IMG/VR virus record: IMGVR_UViG_3300034378_000127
Location: 1 to 52,442 of that record
Length of the DNA stretch: 52,442 nt
Origin: a virus
Taxonomy: Duplodnaviria > Caudoviricetes
Direction: 5' to 3' (one strand)
Positions 7,114 to 17,036 of the stretch are shown here, one piece after another. Numbering within the stretch: position 1 is the stretch's first letter; each line of letters opens with the position of its first letter. The position numbers were made by a program, and so were the translations under genes. The notes under the pieces are model-generated. The model saw nothing but the letters and a program-made list of their open reading frames with translations, was not told where the DNA came from and did not search any database.

Positions 7114-7260
7114 TTTTAATACAAAATTAATACACTTTTAATACAACAAACTATCACTATATATTTATATTATAATTTACAAATAATAATATATAAATAT
7201 AAAAAAGGCAAATGTATATATACATTTGCCATATTAAAATTGTATTAAAACTGTATTAAA
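7114..7260. repeat. Inverted arrays of 11-bp-period AT-rich repeats (iteron-like), copy 1
   Basis: 3x TTAATAC at 11-bp spacing (7114-7146) facing 3x TATTAA at 7232/7243/7254. Confidence 0.7.
7201..7230 (-). terminator. Intrinsic terminator at the end of the tail operon
   Basis: GGCAAATGTA-TATA-TACATTTGCC followed by a T run on the minus strand. Confidence 0.7.
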
Positions 7261-7455
7261 TTATTTCTTTTTTTCCTTCTCCTTATCAACTTCGATTAAA
7301 GATTCTTTTTCTTTTTCAAGAATCTCAACCTTTTTCTTCAGTTCTTGATTTTCTCTAAGCAGCCTTGCACATTCATCTACGAGTCCACGTACATTGTTCT
7401 GCAAAGCAAGAATCTCACGCCCAATTTGTGAATCGATTGCTTCCAGTGACGGCAT
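7261..7455 (-). CDS. Small coiled-coil protein after the tail fibre
   Basis: Heptad pattern, GGAGG SD. Confidence 0.65.
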   Translation of the reverse strand: MPSLEAIDSQIGREILALQNNVRGLVDECARLLRENQELKKKVEILEKEKESLIEVDKEKEKKK

Positions 7456-7485
7456 TTGAACCTCCTTGGCTTTAATTGTGAATTG

Positions 7486-9174
7486 TTATACCCATTGCGC
7501 TAAAGCTGCAACGGATGCTCCAGTTGTTTGTGCTGTTAAGATACCACCAGTAAAAGTCAGCGTTATTCTCCAATTCGCTCCATCATCAAGTGTCAAAGTT
7601 CCTGTTAATCCATCACTACCATTAGCATTAAATATTGTATTTGCACGTACTTTCCCGTCAAAACGATATTCAGAAAGACCATCAAATGAAGCAGTATCAT
7701 TTGCATCCTTTCCCACGCCTATTTGCATCTGTTCAATGCCACCCGCGCCGGCGTTATAACCACTTATTTTCAATTCAGGAGTGTTTCCAGAAGCTACGTT
7801 ATTGAAAAGATGTACACTCTGTGCAGTTTGGACGCTATCTTGTAAATAAAGAACACTTATTGAAGATCCAGCTGTTGTGATATAATCATGTCCTCCGGAT
7901 TCATATAATTCTATACCGACTCCGGCTGCGGTGCCAAAAAATCCTTTACCTTCAGCATATAATGCATAATCGATATTAGATCCTGACTCGATATAAATAC
8001 CATAAGCAGAACCACTAGGATCAAAACCCGCATCTGCTTTAACATATAACCCATATAAGCTGCCACCTAAAGAATTTAATGAACCCAATGCCGATCTTGA
8101 ATAAATATACGTGCCAAGCACATCACTGCTTATATTACCAGCCTGTGCATAGCTCTCAATATATGATCCATATAAATTTGTAATAGTACCATTTATTGTA
8201 TTAACATAATTATAATCAGCTATTAAACTACCAATAGTACTACCACTATCATTCATCCGTGCAATATTATGAATACCATAGACATGATCACTTGCATCTG
8301 TAGTGCCAGCTATTTTAATATGAGAATTATATATACCATGATACGTAACAGTTGTATCCACAGCGTTATCTTGAATAAAGAGATGTTTATCTGTTGTAGG
8401 GGTAACTCCAATGCCAACATGACCAGTGAACTCAATATTATCTGATCTATCAATTATAACTGAATCGTCTGTGCCAACTCCAGTTCGACTAATCTTAAGT
8501 TTATCAGCATCGTCATCATCAAGACCTATAAACCAAGTACTTGCTCCAGAATTGCCTATTTCAAGATAAGAATCTGTAGTTCCATCTGGACTTAACACTC
8601 TTATAACAGAATCGCCAGTTCCACCACTAGTGATATGCAGAGTTGTATCTGTAGCGTCTGCTCTATTCACATGCAATGTTGCTGCTGGAGTGTTTGTTCT
8701 TATCCCTATATTGCCAGAACTTCCTTCAATGAAGAGTGCATTTGATACTGCATTAGCATTTGCGATAAAATCAATATCAACTTCTCCAGCGTTAAATTCT
8801 GCATAATCTGTTCCACCTTCAACGAAATCCCAGAACTCTACACTGCCGATCACAGTTGTTTTCCGGTCAGCACGCCATCTGTCATAGCTATCTGTGTCAC
8901 CCTGGTGGTAAAGATATTCTGATACATACAAATCATCATTTATAGTGACATCACCAAAATCATTATCGAGAAACGTAAATGCTGAGCCATCTGTGCTGTA
9001 TTTTTGTAGTGCCCCCACATATGTTTTAGTGTTATCATCATTCTTCCAGACGAATTCATCATATGGAAGTGCTGCCGTAACGTTGTTGACAATAGCTATT
9101 TGTCCATGGTCTGCATTTGCATAAATATTCGCCCAGGTGTCTTCGATATGTGTGATATGAACTTGTTGAGCCAT
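7486..9174 (-). CDS. Tail fibre / receptor-binding protein
   Basis: GNIGIRTNTP..TLHV and GHVGIGVTP fibre repeats, beta-rich YG repeats, position at the end of the tail module. Confidence 0.75.
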   Translation of the reverse strand: MAQQVHITHIEDTWANIYANADHGQIAIVNNVTAALPYDEFVWKNDDNTKTYVGALQKYSTDGSAFTFLDNDFGDVTINDDLYVSEYLYHQGDTDSYDRWRADRKTTVIGSVEFWDFVEGGTDYAEFNAGEVDIDFIANANAVSNALFIEGSSGNIGIRTNTPAATLHVNRADATDTTLHITSGGTGDSVIRVLSPDGTTDSYLEIGNSGASTWFIGLDDDDADKLKISRTGVGTDDSVIIDRSDNIEFTGHVGIGVTPTTDKHLFIQDNAVDTTVTYHGIYNSHIKIAGTTDASDHVYGIHNIARMNDSGSTIGSLIADYNYVNTINGTITNLYGSYIESYAQAGNISSDVLGTYIYSRSALGSLNSLGGSLYGLYVKADAGFDPSGSAYGIYIESGSNIDYALYAEGKGFFGTAAGVGIELYESGGHDYITTAGSSISVLYLQDSVQTAQSVHLFNNVASGNTPELKISGYNAGAGGIEQMQIGVGKDANDTASFDGLSEYRFDGKVRANTIFNANGSDGLTGTLTLDDGANWRITLTFTGGILTAQTTGASVAALAQWV

Positions 9175-9575
9175 TATGCGTTCTCCTCAATGAATTTCCG
9201 AATTTTATTGATGTAGATTTCTAATTTCTTCTCTCCTAAGTCTCGCTGCGCTTTTGCTTCGAAAGATGCTAAAAGCTTCTCTGTCAGCTTTTTCTTATAT
9301 ATAGCGGAGTTAATCGCTTCAAGAGATTTCTCTTTTTCTTCTTGAGAGACAAATGATTTTTCAACTGATTTTTTAGCAGCTTTAATTTCATCATCGACAC
9401 GTTTTTTTAAACTGCTTTTATTAACGCCTTTCTTGGATTCCGCTGCAGTTTCATCAAGCAAAGTAAAATGTTTCCAATCTTTGACAGTCTCATTACCATC
9501 TAAGTCTCTGAGAATAGACTTTGGATGTTTCTCAAAAGTAATAGTAATAGATTGTAGTTTCATTTTTTCCTCCAA
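9174..9575 (-). CDS. Hypothetical protein (tail region)
   Basis: Coupled ORF with SD. Confidence 0.6.
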   Translation of the reverse strand: MEEKMKLQSITITFEKHPKSILRDLDGNETVKDWKHFTLLDETAAESKKGVNKSSLKKRVDDEIKAAKKSVEKSFVSQEEKEKSLEAINSAIYKKKLTEKLLASFEAKAQRDLGEKKLEIYINKIRKFIEENA

Positions 9576-9577
9576 GT

Positions 9578-12500
9578 TTACATTTGATCTAATTTATCTC
9601 TGTTATCACCATATTCGGTTGTCGTATCCTGCCAATCTCTATCATCCCCAAATAAATTCATGACATCCTGAATATCAAATTCCTCCGGGATTGTCTCACG
9701 TTTCATTATTGCATCGATAGTAATCAGATAAGGCGGATTTGGATTAAATTCTGCTTTAAATAAAATACATTCTATCGTTACTCCATCAGTCTGGTGAGGC
9801 AAAGTAATCGAGAACTCATGTCCTTCCTCCCAAGTATGAGCTGTCGTGTAGTGTACTTTGAATTGAATTCTTGGATTAAACATCCAGCTGATTCTTGTTG
9901 CAATATTATATTCTGCAATCGCATCAGCATCTTCACCGTTTGCCCAAAGTAATTCAGATAAATCTTTCGGAAACTTTCCTATTTCATGTACTCGTTTGTA
10001 TAGCTCATTACACTGGTTCCAATATTCCTCGGCCAGAAATGGGCTCGAAATCCCTTCAACATAATTACTATTATAAGTTGAAGCACCTGAATTGATGAAT
10101 CTGATAATCTCTTGATTCTTTTTTGCTCCTATGCTGTATTGATAATCGACAAACGGTTCTGGAAATACCTCTGATGGATTTGGTTCTGTAATTTTTATTG
10201 ATGTCCTATCAATAATGTCTGCAAGTGTCAAAGCGTCTGATGGATTAGTAGTTTCTTTAATAAGTCGCTTCACAGATTCAAATCCGTTTTTATCAATCCA
10301 ATTGATGAGAAACAAATCCCGACAAACTGAACGTTTCAACGAATCAGAATAGGCTTCACCTCGGTCAGTTATCACACGGGCAATTGAATATAGATCAGCC
10401 CACGTTTTCAAATCTTCATCTTCAAAAGATCCTTCTGCCCAAATATAACCGCTAGTATACGAATATGTGAGATTTGCATCCATTGTAATAATAGCAAGAC
10501 TGATGGAACTTATCGTTGCTTCTTCCCGGTTGACGCCATCAGTGATTATTACCCGTTGGTCTATCCTGAACGTCGCAGCTTCCGCGATCGTTGTCGTTGT
10601 TATTGTGTTCACGCCACTGGTAGCAATTGTGCCTTTCGAAACATTTATCAGCGCATTTTCCGCGTAATTCTTTCCCCAGTCTACTGAGGGAGGATCAGGA
10701 ATGCCGCTTGAAGGAGGATCGGAGACATCACTGTAATTCTGGAGACGACTGACATGCTCCATCAGATCAAGCGGTGAGCTCATCATATCTGTCGAAGTTT
10801 TCCTTCCGAGCCACGTATCGTTGAATACTCTACCAGCCATTGGACTATATAATTCTCGTCCGAGGGGTATACTGCGCTCGAAGACGAACGCAATCTCGCA
10901 AATATCTAAAAATGTCGTCGACTGAGCAGGAGCATCTCTGTCGGTATTCCACATAATAATTGTGTGATTAATAGCTCTATATAAATCTTCATTCGTAACA
11001 GAAGGCATCTCTAGTTTTTCATGACCATATTCTGCTTTCCTAAAACAATCGTATGCTAGATTGAAGTAAAAGGGCTTGTCGTATCGTGGAGGATTATCCA
11101 AAAAATAAAAATCAGGGAGGAAAGACACATCAGCAGAAGTTGGGTAGCAGGTAAGACTCAGGTCAGCTGCCAGTGGAATATTAGCTATCTGAGTATAAGC
11201 TCCAATGAATCTTCGTTGATATACATTAACAAATCCACTATTGCTATCATAATTAGACATAAAGAGAAGATATGTCTTTTTTATCTTATATCCCGTTGGA
11301 AACTCTGGAGGAAATATTTTCAATACAACGATTCCCTCATCATCGACTCCATGAAAAAGAATATTTCTAAGATAAGTATTAGAATATTTGTCCATTATAT
11401 TAGCAATCGATCCAGAGGTTGACCAAGTAGTACCGCCAAGCCTCCAGAATCCTGGTGAAACATAAACAAAACCCAAACCAATAAAATGTGGATCAATTGT
11501 TCCTAATTCGGTTGAATCCCCATAATATTCAATACTTGCAGGAGGTTTGATTATATAACCAGTAAGATAGCTAGGATTACCTTCAAATAATTTAGCTACA
11601 ATCACTACTCGGTTTTTGTCTCCATCGCCACTATCATCATAAGCATACTGTGGAAGTCTCTCATATGTGATTGGAATTTCATCTATATCCGCATCGGTGT
11701 TCTCAGTTGTAACTTTTGCTATCTTTTTCGATTGATAACTTGTCATGTAGAATGCTCTTGATATCGCTGTGCCATCAATATCGAGATAGTCTTTACACGG
11801 CCAGACATCGCACTCGTATTCATTCGTAATTGTATAAAAACTAATCCATGTTTGTTCACTATCACTTCCATTCCAATTTCCTCTTAAATGGCTACTGAAT
11901 ATCGTATCGATTGTCAATTCGATTCGAGAAGTACCCTTTGTAGAATCCAAATTAACAGTAGCGGCAGTGATTTTCCTATATTTTCCTACTGTCTTGTTTC
12001 CCGATTGATTGTTCTCAACTACTTTGATATACTTCCCGACGAAATAATCCAACGAATGCTGTCCTGTTAATCCAGGAATGCCATTCTGTTTCCAAGTAGG
12101 CAGACCATCTTCTCCGTAAATTCTTACTAGATATTTTTCTGGCGAGTCAGATAGTTGAAACACTCTAGCGTATCGTGCTGGATCATATGTCGCACCCAGA
12201 TTTGTTTTCATCGTCAATTGATTAACAGAAATGCTCTGTATTTCACCTCCCTCAATACTACTAGTGTCTTTCAAATAAACCAAATCTCCTATTGAGAATT
12301 TTGAACCATCTTCGACGTGTACTATCTTCTGTCCTCCAGTAGCTGCGATAGTTAAATCAGATGAGATACTATCGCCAACAATAGGAAAGACCGACTGTTG
12401 GAGCATGTAATCATCGGCAACTTCAAATTCGATATTTGTCGCTGAATCAAAAACTCTATTTTGTAAATGTCTGTAAACTTCTTCGATATGTCCGATGCGA

Positions 12501-13291
12501 AGAAATTTCGTATATGAATTATAATCAATGTTTCCTTCTGTATCAAATTTCGGAAGATGCTTTCCAAACGTTAGGGGAACAACTTGTCCTCTTGCTTCTT
12601 CATCAGCATCGGGATAATTAATTGCGGTGATTATTGTTGATAAATTAGAACGACGTTTATTTTGCATCCCTCTGAATCGAATCTCATATCGAGTTGCATC
12701 CCATGTTGGCTGTTCACAGATACCGTGCCACTTTGGTAATTTGGTACTATCCTCAAATTCGAATATGATAGCATGACAACCATTCAGATAAATGCTTTCA
12801 TCGCTCAATTTCTGTTGAAATTGATTTGTGTTTTTAACAGTAACGCCTCCCGTGCCTCCAGTTGCGATCTCGCCTCCCACCAGAATATCAATATTTCGGC
12901 TCCAAACCATAATGCCATTTTCAACTATCATGTTGGCATTCCAATTTGATACGCCACTGACAGTGTTTTGTATCCAACGAAATCGGCTATTACCATCTGC
13001 CTTTCCGTTAAGTGTACCTTGATATGTGTTAGATAGATTATTCATCAAATACAAAATATTCCCGAGGATACGGACAATGTAATTGATCTCCTCATTATTG
13101 TCATCTCTAATTCTTATAATGTCTCGTTGAGAAAAAGAGCTTCCATCCACAACAGTGATATAATTATTACCTGAGGGTTGCGTACCATTAAGGGCAGACG
13201 TAACGTTGTAAAGACCTACCGATGTGTCTTGCGAGGCAAGAGAGAGGTGATCTTCGAGTGAAATTTCAACGCCAAAGACCCTTGTAGCCAT
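9578..13291 (-). CDS. Large tail-tip / baseplate hub protein
   Basis: 1237 aa, two genes after the tape measure; three 'V.DGS.F...D.I.I.D...E' modules. Confidence 0.7.
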   Translation of the reverse strand: MATRVFGVEISLEDHLSLASQDTSVGLYNVTSALNGTQPSGNNYITVVDGSSFSQRDIIRIRDDNNEEINYIVRILGNILYLMNNLSNTYQGTLNGKADGNSRFRWIQNTVSGVSNWNANMIVENGIMVWSRNIDILVGGEIATGGTGGVTVKNTNQFQQKLSDESIYLNGCHAIIFEFEDSTKLPKWHGICEQPTWDATRYEIRFRGMQNKRRSNLSTIITAINYPDADEEARGQVVPLTFGKHLPKFDTEGNIDYNSYTKFLRIGHIEEVYRHLQNRVFDSATNIEFEVADDYMLQQSVFPIVGDSISSDLTIAATGGQKIVHVEDGSKFSIGDLVYLKDTSSIEGGEIQSISVNQLTMKTNLGATYDPARYARVFQLSDSPEKYLVRIYGEDGLPTWKQNGIPGLTGQHSLDYFVGKYIKVVENNQSGNKTVGKYRKITAATVNLDSTKGTSRIELTIDTIFSSHLRGNWNGSDSEQTWISFYTITNEYECDVWPCKDYLDIDGTAISRAFYMTSYQSKKIAKVTTENTDADIDEIPITYERLPQYAYDDSGDGDKNRVVIVAKLFEGNPSYLTGYIIKPPASIEYYGDSTELGTIDPHFIGLGFVYVSPGFWRLGGTTWSTSGSIANIMDKYSNTYLRNILFHGVDDEGIVVLKIFPPEFPTGYKIKKTYLLFMSNYDSNSGFVNVYQRRFIGAYTQIANIPLAADLSLTCYPTSADVSFLPDFYFLDNPPRYDKPFYFNLAYDCFRKAEYGHEKLEMPSVTNEDLYRAINHTIIMWNTDRDAPAQSTTFLDICEIAFVFERSIPLGRELYSPMAGRVFNDTWLGRKTSTDMMSSPLDLMEHVSRLQNYSDVSDPPSSGIPDPPSVDWGKNYAENALINVSKGTIATSGVNTITTTTIAEAATFRIDQRVIITDGVNREEATISSISLAIITMDANLTYSYTSGYIWAEGSFEDEDLKTWADLYSIARVITDRGEAYSDSLKRSVCRDLFLINWIDKNGFESVKRLIKETTNPSDALTLADIIDRTSIKITEPNPSEVFPEPFVDYQYSIGAKKNQEIIRFINSGASTYNSNYVEGISSPFLAEEYWNQCNELYKRVHEIGKFPKDLSELLWANGEDADAIAEYNIATRISWMFNPRIQFKVHYTTAHTWEEGHEFSITLPHQTDGVTIECILFKAEFNPNPPYLITIDAIMKRETIPEEFDIQDVMNLFGDDRDWQDTTTEYGDNRDKLDQM

Positions 13292-14160
13292 TATGGTGTA
13301 CTTTCATATGAGAATATCAGACCAAAATTAAATCGATTATATCCAGTATGTGTCGCTATTATTCGGTTTTGTCCTAATTTGACGTTAAAAGTCCCGTTGC
13401 CAAGGTCACGCCCAAACGGATAATTGTCAGCAGGCGCAACAAACGAAAATGTATTATTTCTTATCACAGAGACGATACGATTAAAAATAGCAGCAGTTTT
13501 TGATTCATTCATTTGAAATTCTGCTCCTGTTTCATACCAATCGGCATTTGAACTCCTGTCCATGAATTTCAGTACACGACCTTCAGTTGTTCTTAGATCA
13601 TAAACATATTTCTTCGACGGTATAAACCAATTCTGAGGTGATCTACAATTCGTGATCGTTTCGATTGTTAAGCCACCTTCGTTCACCTCTGTAGGTAATA
13701 TATAAGACGGCCAAGAATCATTTCCCTTGCTTATTCGCAAAGTCGATACAAAATGCTTAAATGGTAATTCGCCAATGCCCCGTATCCGCACGATTTCTAT
13801 TCCAACGTCAAACGGACCAATATTTGACTTGTCAGGAGCAAAGGGAAAGAATCCACTATCATTAGCCATTTCCAAAGTCAACTCCTGAGACCGTCCATAT
13901 GATGTTCCATCAGTGCGGATAAAATTATTCAGCGTTTGTTGATCCGTTGCACTAAGTTCAAATGTACATTCACACATCCTTCTATCGTATGTCTGAGAAC
14001 CCTCACCGCTATCAAAAATCTCGTACTTTCCATTTGAGAGCTTTATAAATTCAAACGGAAGATCAAGTGTAGTTGAATAAGGGAATACAGGAAGTGGAAT
14101 ATCAATATAGTCACTATTCGCATTTGTAAATCGAATCAATCCCGAAGCCGGCTGCGCCAT
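13291..14160 (-). CDS. Distal-tail-like protein
   Basis: Immediately after the tape measure; two similar halves. Confidence 0.55.
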   Translation of the reverse strand: MAQPASGLIRFTNANSDYIDIPLPVFPYSTTLDLPFEFIKLSNGKYEIFDSGEGSQTYDRRMCECTFELSATDQQTLNNFIRTDGTSYGRSQELTLEMANDSGFFPFAPDKSNIGPFDVGIEIVRIRGIGELPFKHFVSTLRISKGNDSWPSYILPTEVNEGGLTIETITNCRSPQNWFIPSKKYVYDLRTTEGRVLKFMDRSSNADWYETGAEFQMNESKTAAIFNRIVSVIRNNTFSFVAPADNYPFGRDLGNGTFNVKLGQNRIIATHTGYNRFNFGLIFSYESTP

Positions 14161-16011
14161 CTATGCCTCTATTAACATGCGTTTTAATTGATGTAACCTA
14201 TCATCACGCTCAAGTTCTCTGAATGCTTGTACAACATCTTCCTTATTATTTGCTTGAATCGTAACATTATATACACTTGGTTCTTTTCGATTAATTTCAT
14301 CTTCAGCATTCGGACTTCCAAGCGGTCGCACGATTACTTGTTCTGCTTGTGTCGGATTATCACCTACTCGAAGCATTTGAGGTTGATTTGCAATAAAGTT
14401 TGCTCCTCGAGCTGCCGAAGCAATCTCTGCAATCTGCCCAGCAAGAAGAGCGGCATTCTCAATAACAGCTGCCGCTGATAATGCTGCACCAAGATAATAA
14501 TTTCCTCCTGCTGTTTCCCATGCGGCCTGTACTGCTGTAATTGTCGACGTAGCTGCTCGCATAATAGCTTCGGCATACAGAAGAGGTTTGAGTTCTTCCT
14601 TTGTCTCACCAGTTATCTGAATTATAAGGTCAGATATAGCACCAAAAGTATTTGCGAATTGAGTCATTGAGGCTTGGACTTGTTGAAATCGCATTTGATA
14701 TATTTCAACATATCTTTCAGATGCTGCTTGAGCTTCCTCGAGTGCTTGTTGTTCTTTATCTCGAAGAGCTTGAAGCATCTCTTCATTTGCCCTTTCATTA
14801 TTTTCAAGAAGTATCTGATTTGCTTTATTGGCTTCTTCTTGCATTTTTAAATTATAGATGCGCATCTCAATCAATGCTATTTCGGCAGCTATTTGCATTT
14901 CTTCTTGAGTTGGAATTCCAGTGACTTTTGCAGCCTTTTCCTCTTCTACAGGAGTAACGACTGGTGGAGTAGGTGGTGGTTCTCCTGGTTCTCTGAATCC
15001 TGTTTTTCCTTCAAGTTTTTTAAGTTCTTCATTAATAAGAGCAACTGCATTGCGAGCATCTTCAAGAGCGGCTGGATCATACCATTGTCCAGTTTCTTTT
15101 AATTTCTTATGTCGAGTAATAATAGCATTTTGTTCCTCACGAAGTTCTCTATATTCTCGCATCTCAGCAAGCACGGCTTCTGTCTGTGCAATCTTTAACT
15201 GTGTTGTCTTATTAATTGCTTCGTCAAAGCCTCTGATAACATCTTCAATGACAGGAAGAACATGTTCTTTAAATGAATCCGCAAGACTGATTAACGATGG
15301 AACAAGCGCCTCGCCGAATGCTTCCTTCACATCGCCAATCTTATTTTCTAATTGTATAAGTGGGCCGATTCCGCTTTGTGCAACTGCTTGTGCTTGACCT
15401 TCAAAAGCACTTGACAATCCTCGGACAAGATTCTGTAATCGTTCATTACTTCCTACAGCACCTTCGACTTGAATTCCGTAACGGGCTAAAGCATTTGTTG
15501 AACTTCCCAGAGTTTTAGAAACTAAATCAGCAGCGACGTTCAATTGCATCCCTTTTGCTGCGGCTAAGTCTTGGACAAGAGGAATAATTCTTTTTATATG
15601 ACTTTCCTCTTTGACAAACATCGCGATCAGAGCTTGAGCTTGAATCGTTTGTTCATCTCCAAATAACGTGAGCTCTTGTAAATCTGATGCCTGTTTTATT
15701 AGAGCTTCACTTGTATATCCAAGTGCCTGTTGCAATTTTGTTTCTGCTTCTACTTGCACGCCATATAATTGAACACTTTCTCGTACAGTATTTGACAGCA
15801 AACGCCATCCTGTACGAACAGTACCAATAATCGCAGCAGCACCCACAAAGCCTTTTAGTGTCTGCCCAAAAGAACCTGCGCTTTTCTGGGCAGAGCCAAA
15901 AGAACGTTTCGCACTACGGTCAACATCCTTTAAATCTTTCTCTATCTTATTGAGCTCGCCGCTAACAAAATTCCGCATTCGAGCTTCTAATTGTAATACT
16001 TCATCTGGCAC
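14161..16011 (-). CDS. Tail tape measure protein
   Basis: Ala-rich and helical; LQELTLFGDE...DLAAAKG...ALARYGI motif; position. Confidence 0.9.
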   Translation of the reverse strand: MPDEVLQLEARMRNFVSGELNKIEKDLKDVDRSAKRSFGSAQKSAGSFGQTLKGFVGAAAIIGTVRTGWRLLSNTVRESVQLYGVQVEAETKLQQALGYTSEALIKQASDLQELTLFGDEQTIQAQALIAMFVKEESHIKRIIPLVQDLAAAKGMQLNVAADLVSKTLGSSTNALARYGIQVEGAVGSNERLQNLVRGLSSAFEGQAQAVAQSGIGPLIQLENKIGDVKEAFGEALVPSLISLADSFKEHVLPVIEDVIRGFDEAINKTTQLKIAQTEAVLAEMREYRELREEQNAIITRHKKLKETGQWYDPAALEDARNAVALINEELKKLEGKTGFREPGEPPPTPPVVTPVEEEKAAKVTGIPTQEEMQIAAEIALIEMRIYNLKMQEEANKANQILLENNERANEEMLQALRDKEQQALEEAQAASERYVEIYQMRFQQVQASMTQFANTFGAISDLIIQITGETKEELKPLLYAEAIMRAATSTITAVQAAWETAGGNYYLGAALSAAAVIENAALLAGQIAEIASAARGANFIANQPQMLRVGDNPTQAEQVIVRPLGSPNAEDEINRKEPSVYNVTIQANNKEDVVQAFRELERDDRLHQLKRMLIEA

Positions 16012-16357
16012 TCTTTTTCTCCTTTAATGCTTGTATATAATATTTATTAAAAGTATTATATGCTTGCCTGAATCTCGGAGACACATTATCATAAGAAGGT
16101 ATTTCAGCACCTTGAAAATCTTTATAGTAATTCATCTGATTTACAAATTTTACAATTGATAATGGAATATATTTCCTAGGACACCGATAGTATTTATATT
16201 CTATTCCATTTTCCTCACTCGCAAATGTAGGCACGGCCATCTGCGTCGGTTCTTTGCAGCCCCACACGTCACGGTATGACGAATTCTCTTCACATCTTGA
16301 GCAATCATATTTATCTTTCCAAATACCACTGCTGAGCCAAGCTGCTATCTTAAACCC
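16001..16357 (-). CDS. Tail assembly chaperone GT extension (-1 frameshift product)
   Basis: The -1 frame is open from the slippery G GGT TTA (16351-16357) through track ORF 16001..16267. Confidence 0.75.
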   Translation of the reverse strand, partial: GFKIAAWLSSGIWKDKYDCSRCEENSSYRDVWGCKEPTQMAVPTFASEENGIEYKYYRCPRKYIPLSIVKFVNQMNYYKDFQGAEIPSYDNVSPRFRQAYNTFNKYYIQALKEKKSAR

Positions 16358-16788
16358 CGCACCTCTTCATTCGTTAATTGTCCCCGAGCCTGAATCGCGT
16401 TCGCTAGTTCGTATAACAAGTCTCTAGGAAGAACTCTTAAAATATTTTCTTTGGAAAAGAGAACGTCTGAACCATCTGTATATTTATAGTTCTTCCAACC
16501 AACGATTCCACGAGAGCAAATTGTTTTTGTAAATAAACCATGATTGAATTGCATCTCGCTTCCTCCACTGATATTATATTTTACGTTCCCTCTCATCTCG
16601 TCACTGGCATCAAGAGCCTCGCCTCCGGCAAGTGGCTTGAGCATGAAAACTGGCCACTCATCTCGAGACTTACCACTATTGCGCCAGACCGCTGGGACAT
16701 ATTCGAAAATCTCATCGGGTTTAATTGGTGCGAATCTTCTTAGATTCGCTTCAATTTCAGGCGTCAGTTCTACTTCCTGTGATTCCAT
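16345..16788 (-). CDS. Tail assembly chaperone (gpG-like)
   Basis: Between tail tube and tape measure; GIVGWKN motif; slippery heptamer before the stop. Confidence 0.8.
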   Translation of the reverse strand: MESQEVELTPEIEANLRRFAPIKPDEIFEYVPAVWRNSGKSRDEWPVFMLKPLAGGEALDASDEMRGNVKYNISGGSEMQFNHGLFTKTICSRGIVGWKNYKYTDGSDVLFSKENILRVLPRDLLYELANAIQARGQLTNEEVRGLR

Positions 16789-16806
16789 ATTTCTCCCTTC
16801 TTGGCA

Positions 16807-17022
16807 TTATTTTATTGCTTTATTTATGGTTTCAGTTATCGTTGCGACAAGGATTTCATACAATGTGTTAATTAATTTTTCTTCTTGTTTCTCGCTCATG
16901 TTAGGAATATTCACTTTCTTATTAATAGCATCAACGATACGTTTTTTAAGTGTATCATTATCCAGAGCGCTAAGAAGTAACTTAACTATACGCTTTTTGA
17001 AAAGCCTTAAAAGAACTTTCAT
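16807..17022 (-). CDS. Small hypothetical protein
   Basis: GGAGG SD; INKKVNIP..SEKQEEKL. Confidence 0.65.
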   Translation of the reverse strand: MKVLLRLFKKRIVKLLLSALDNDTLKKRIVDAINKKVNIPNMSEKQEEKLINTLYEILVATITETINKAIK

Positions 17023-17036
17023 ATAACCTCCTTTGA

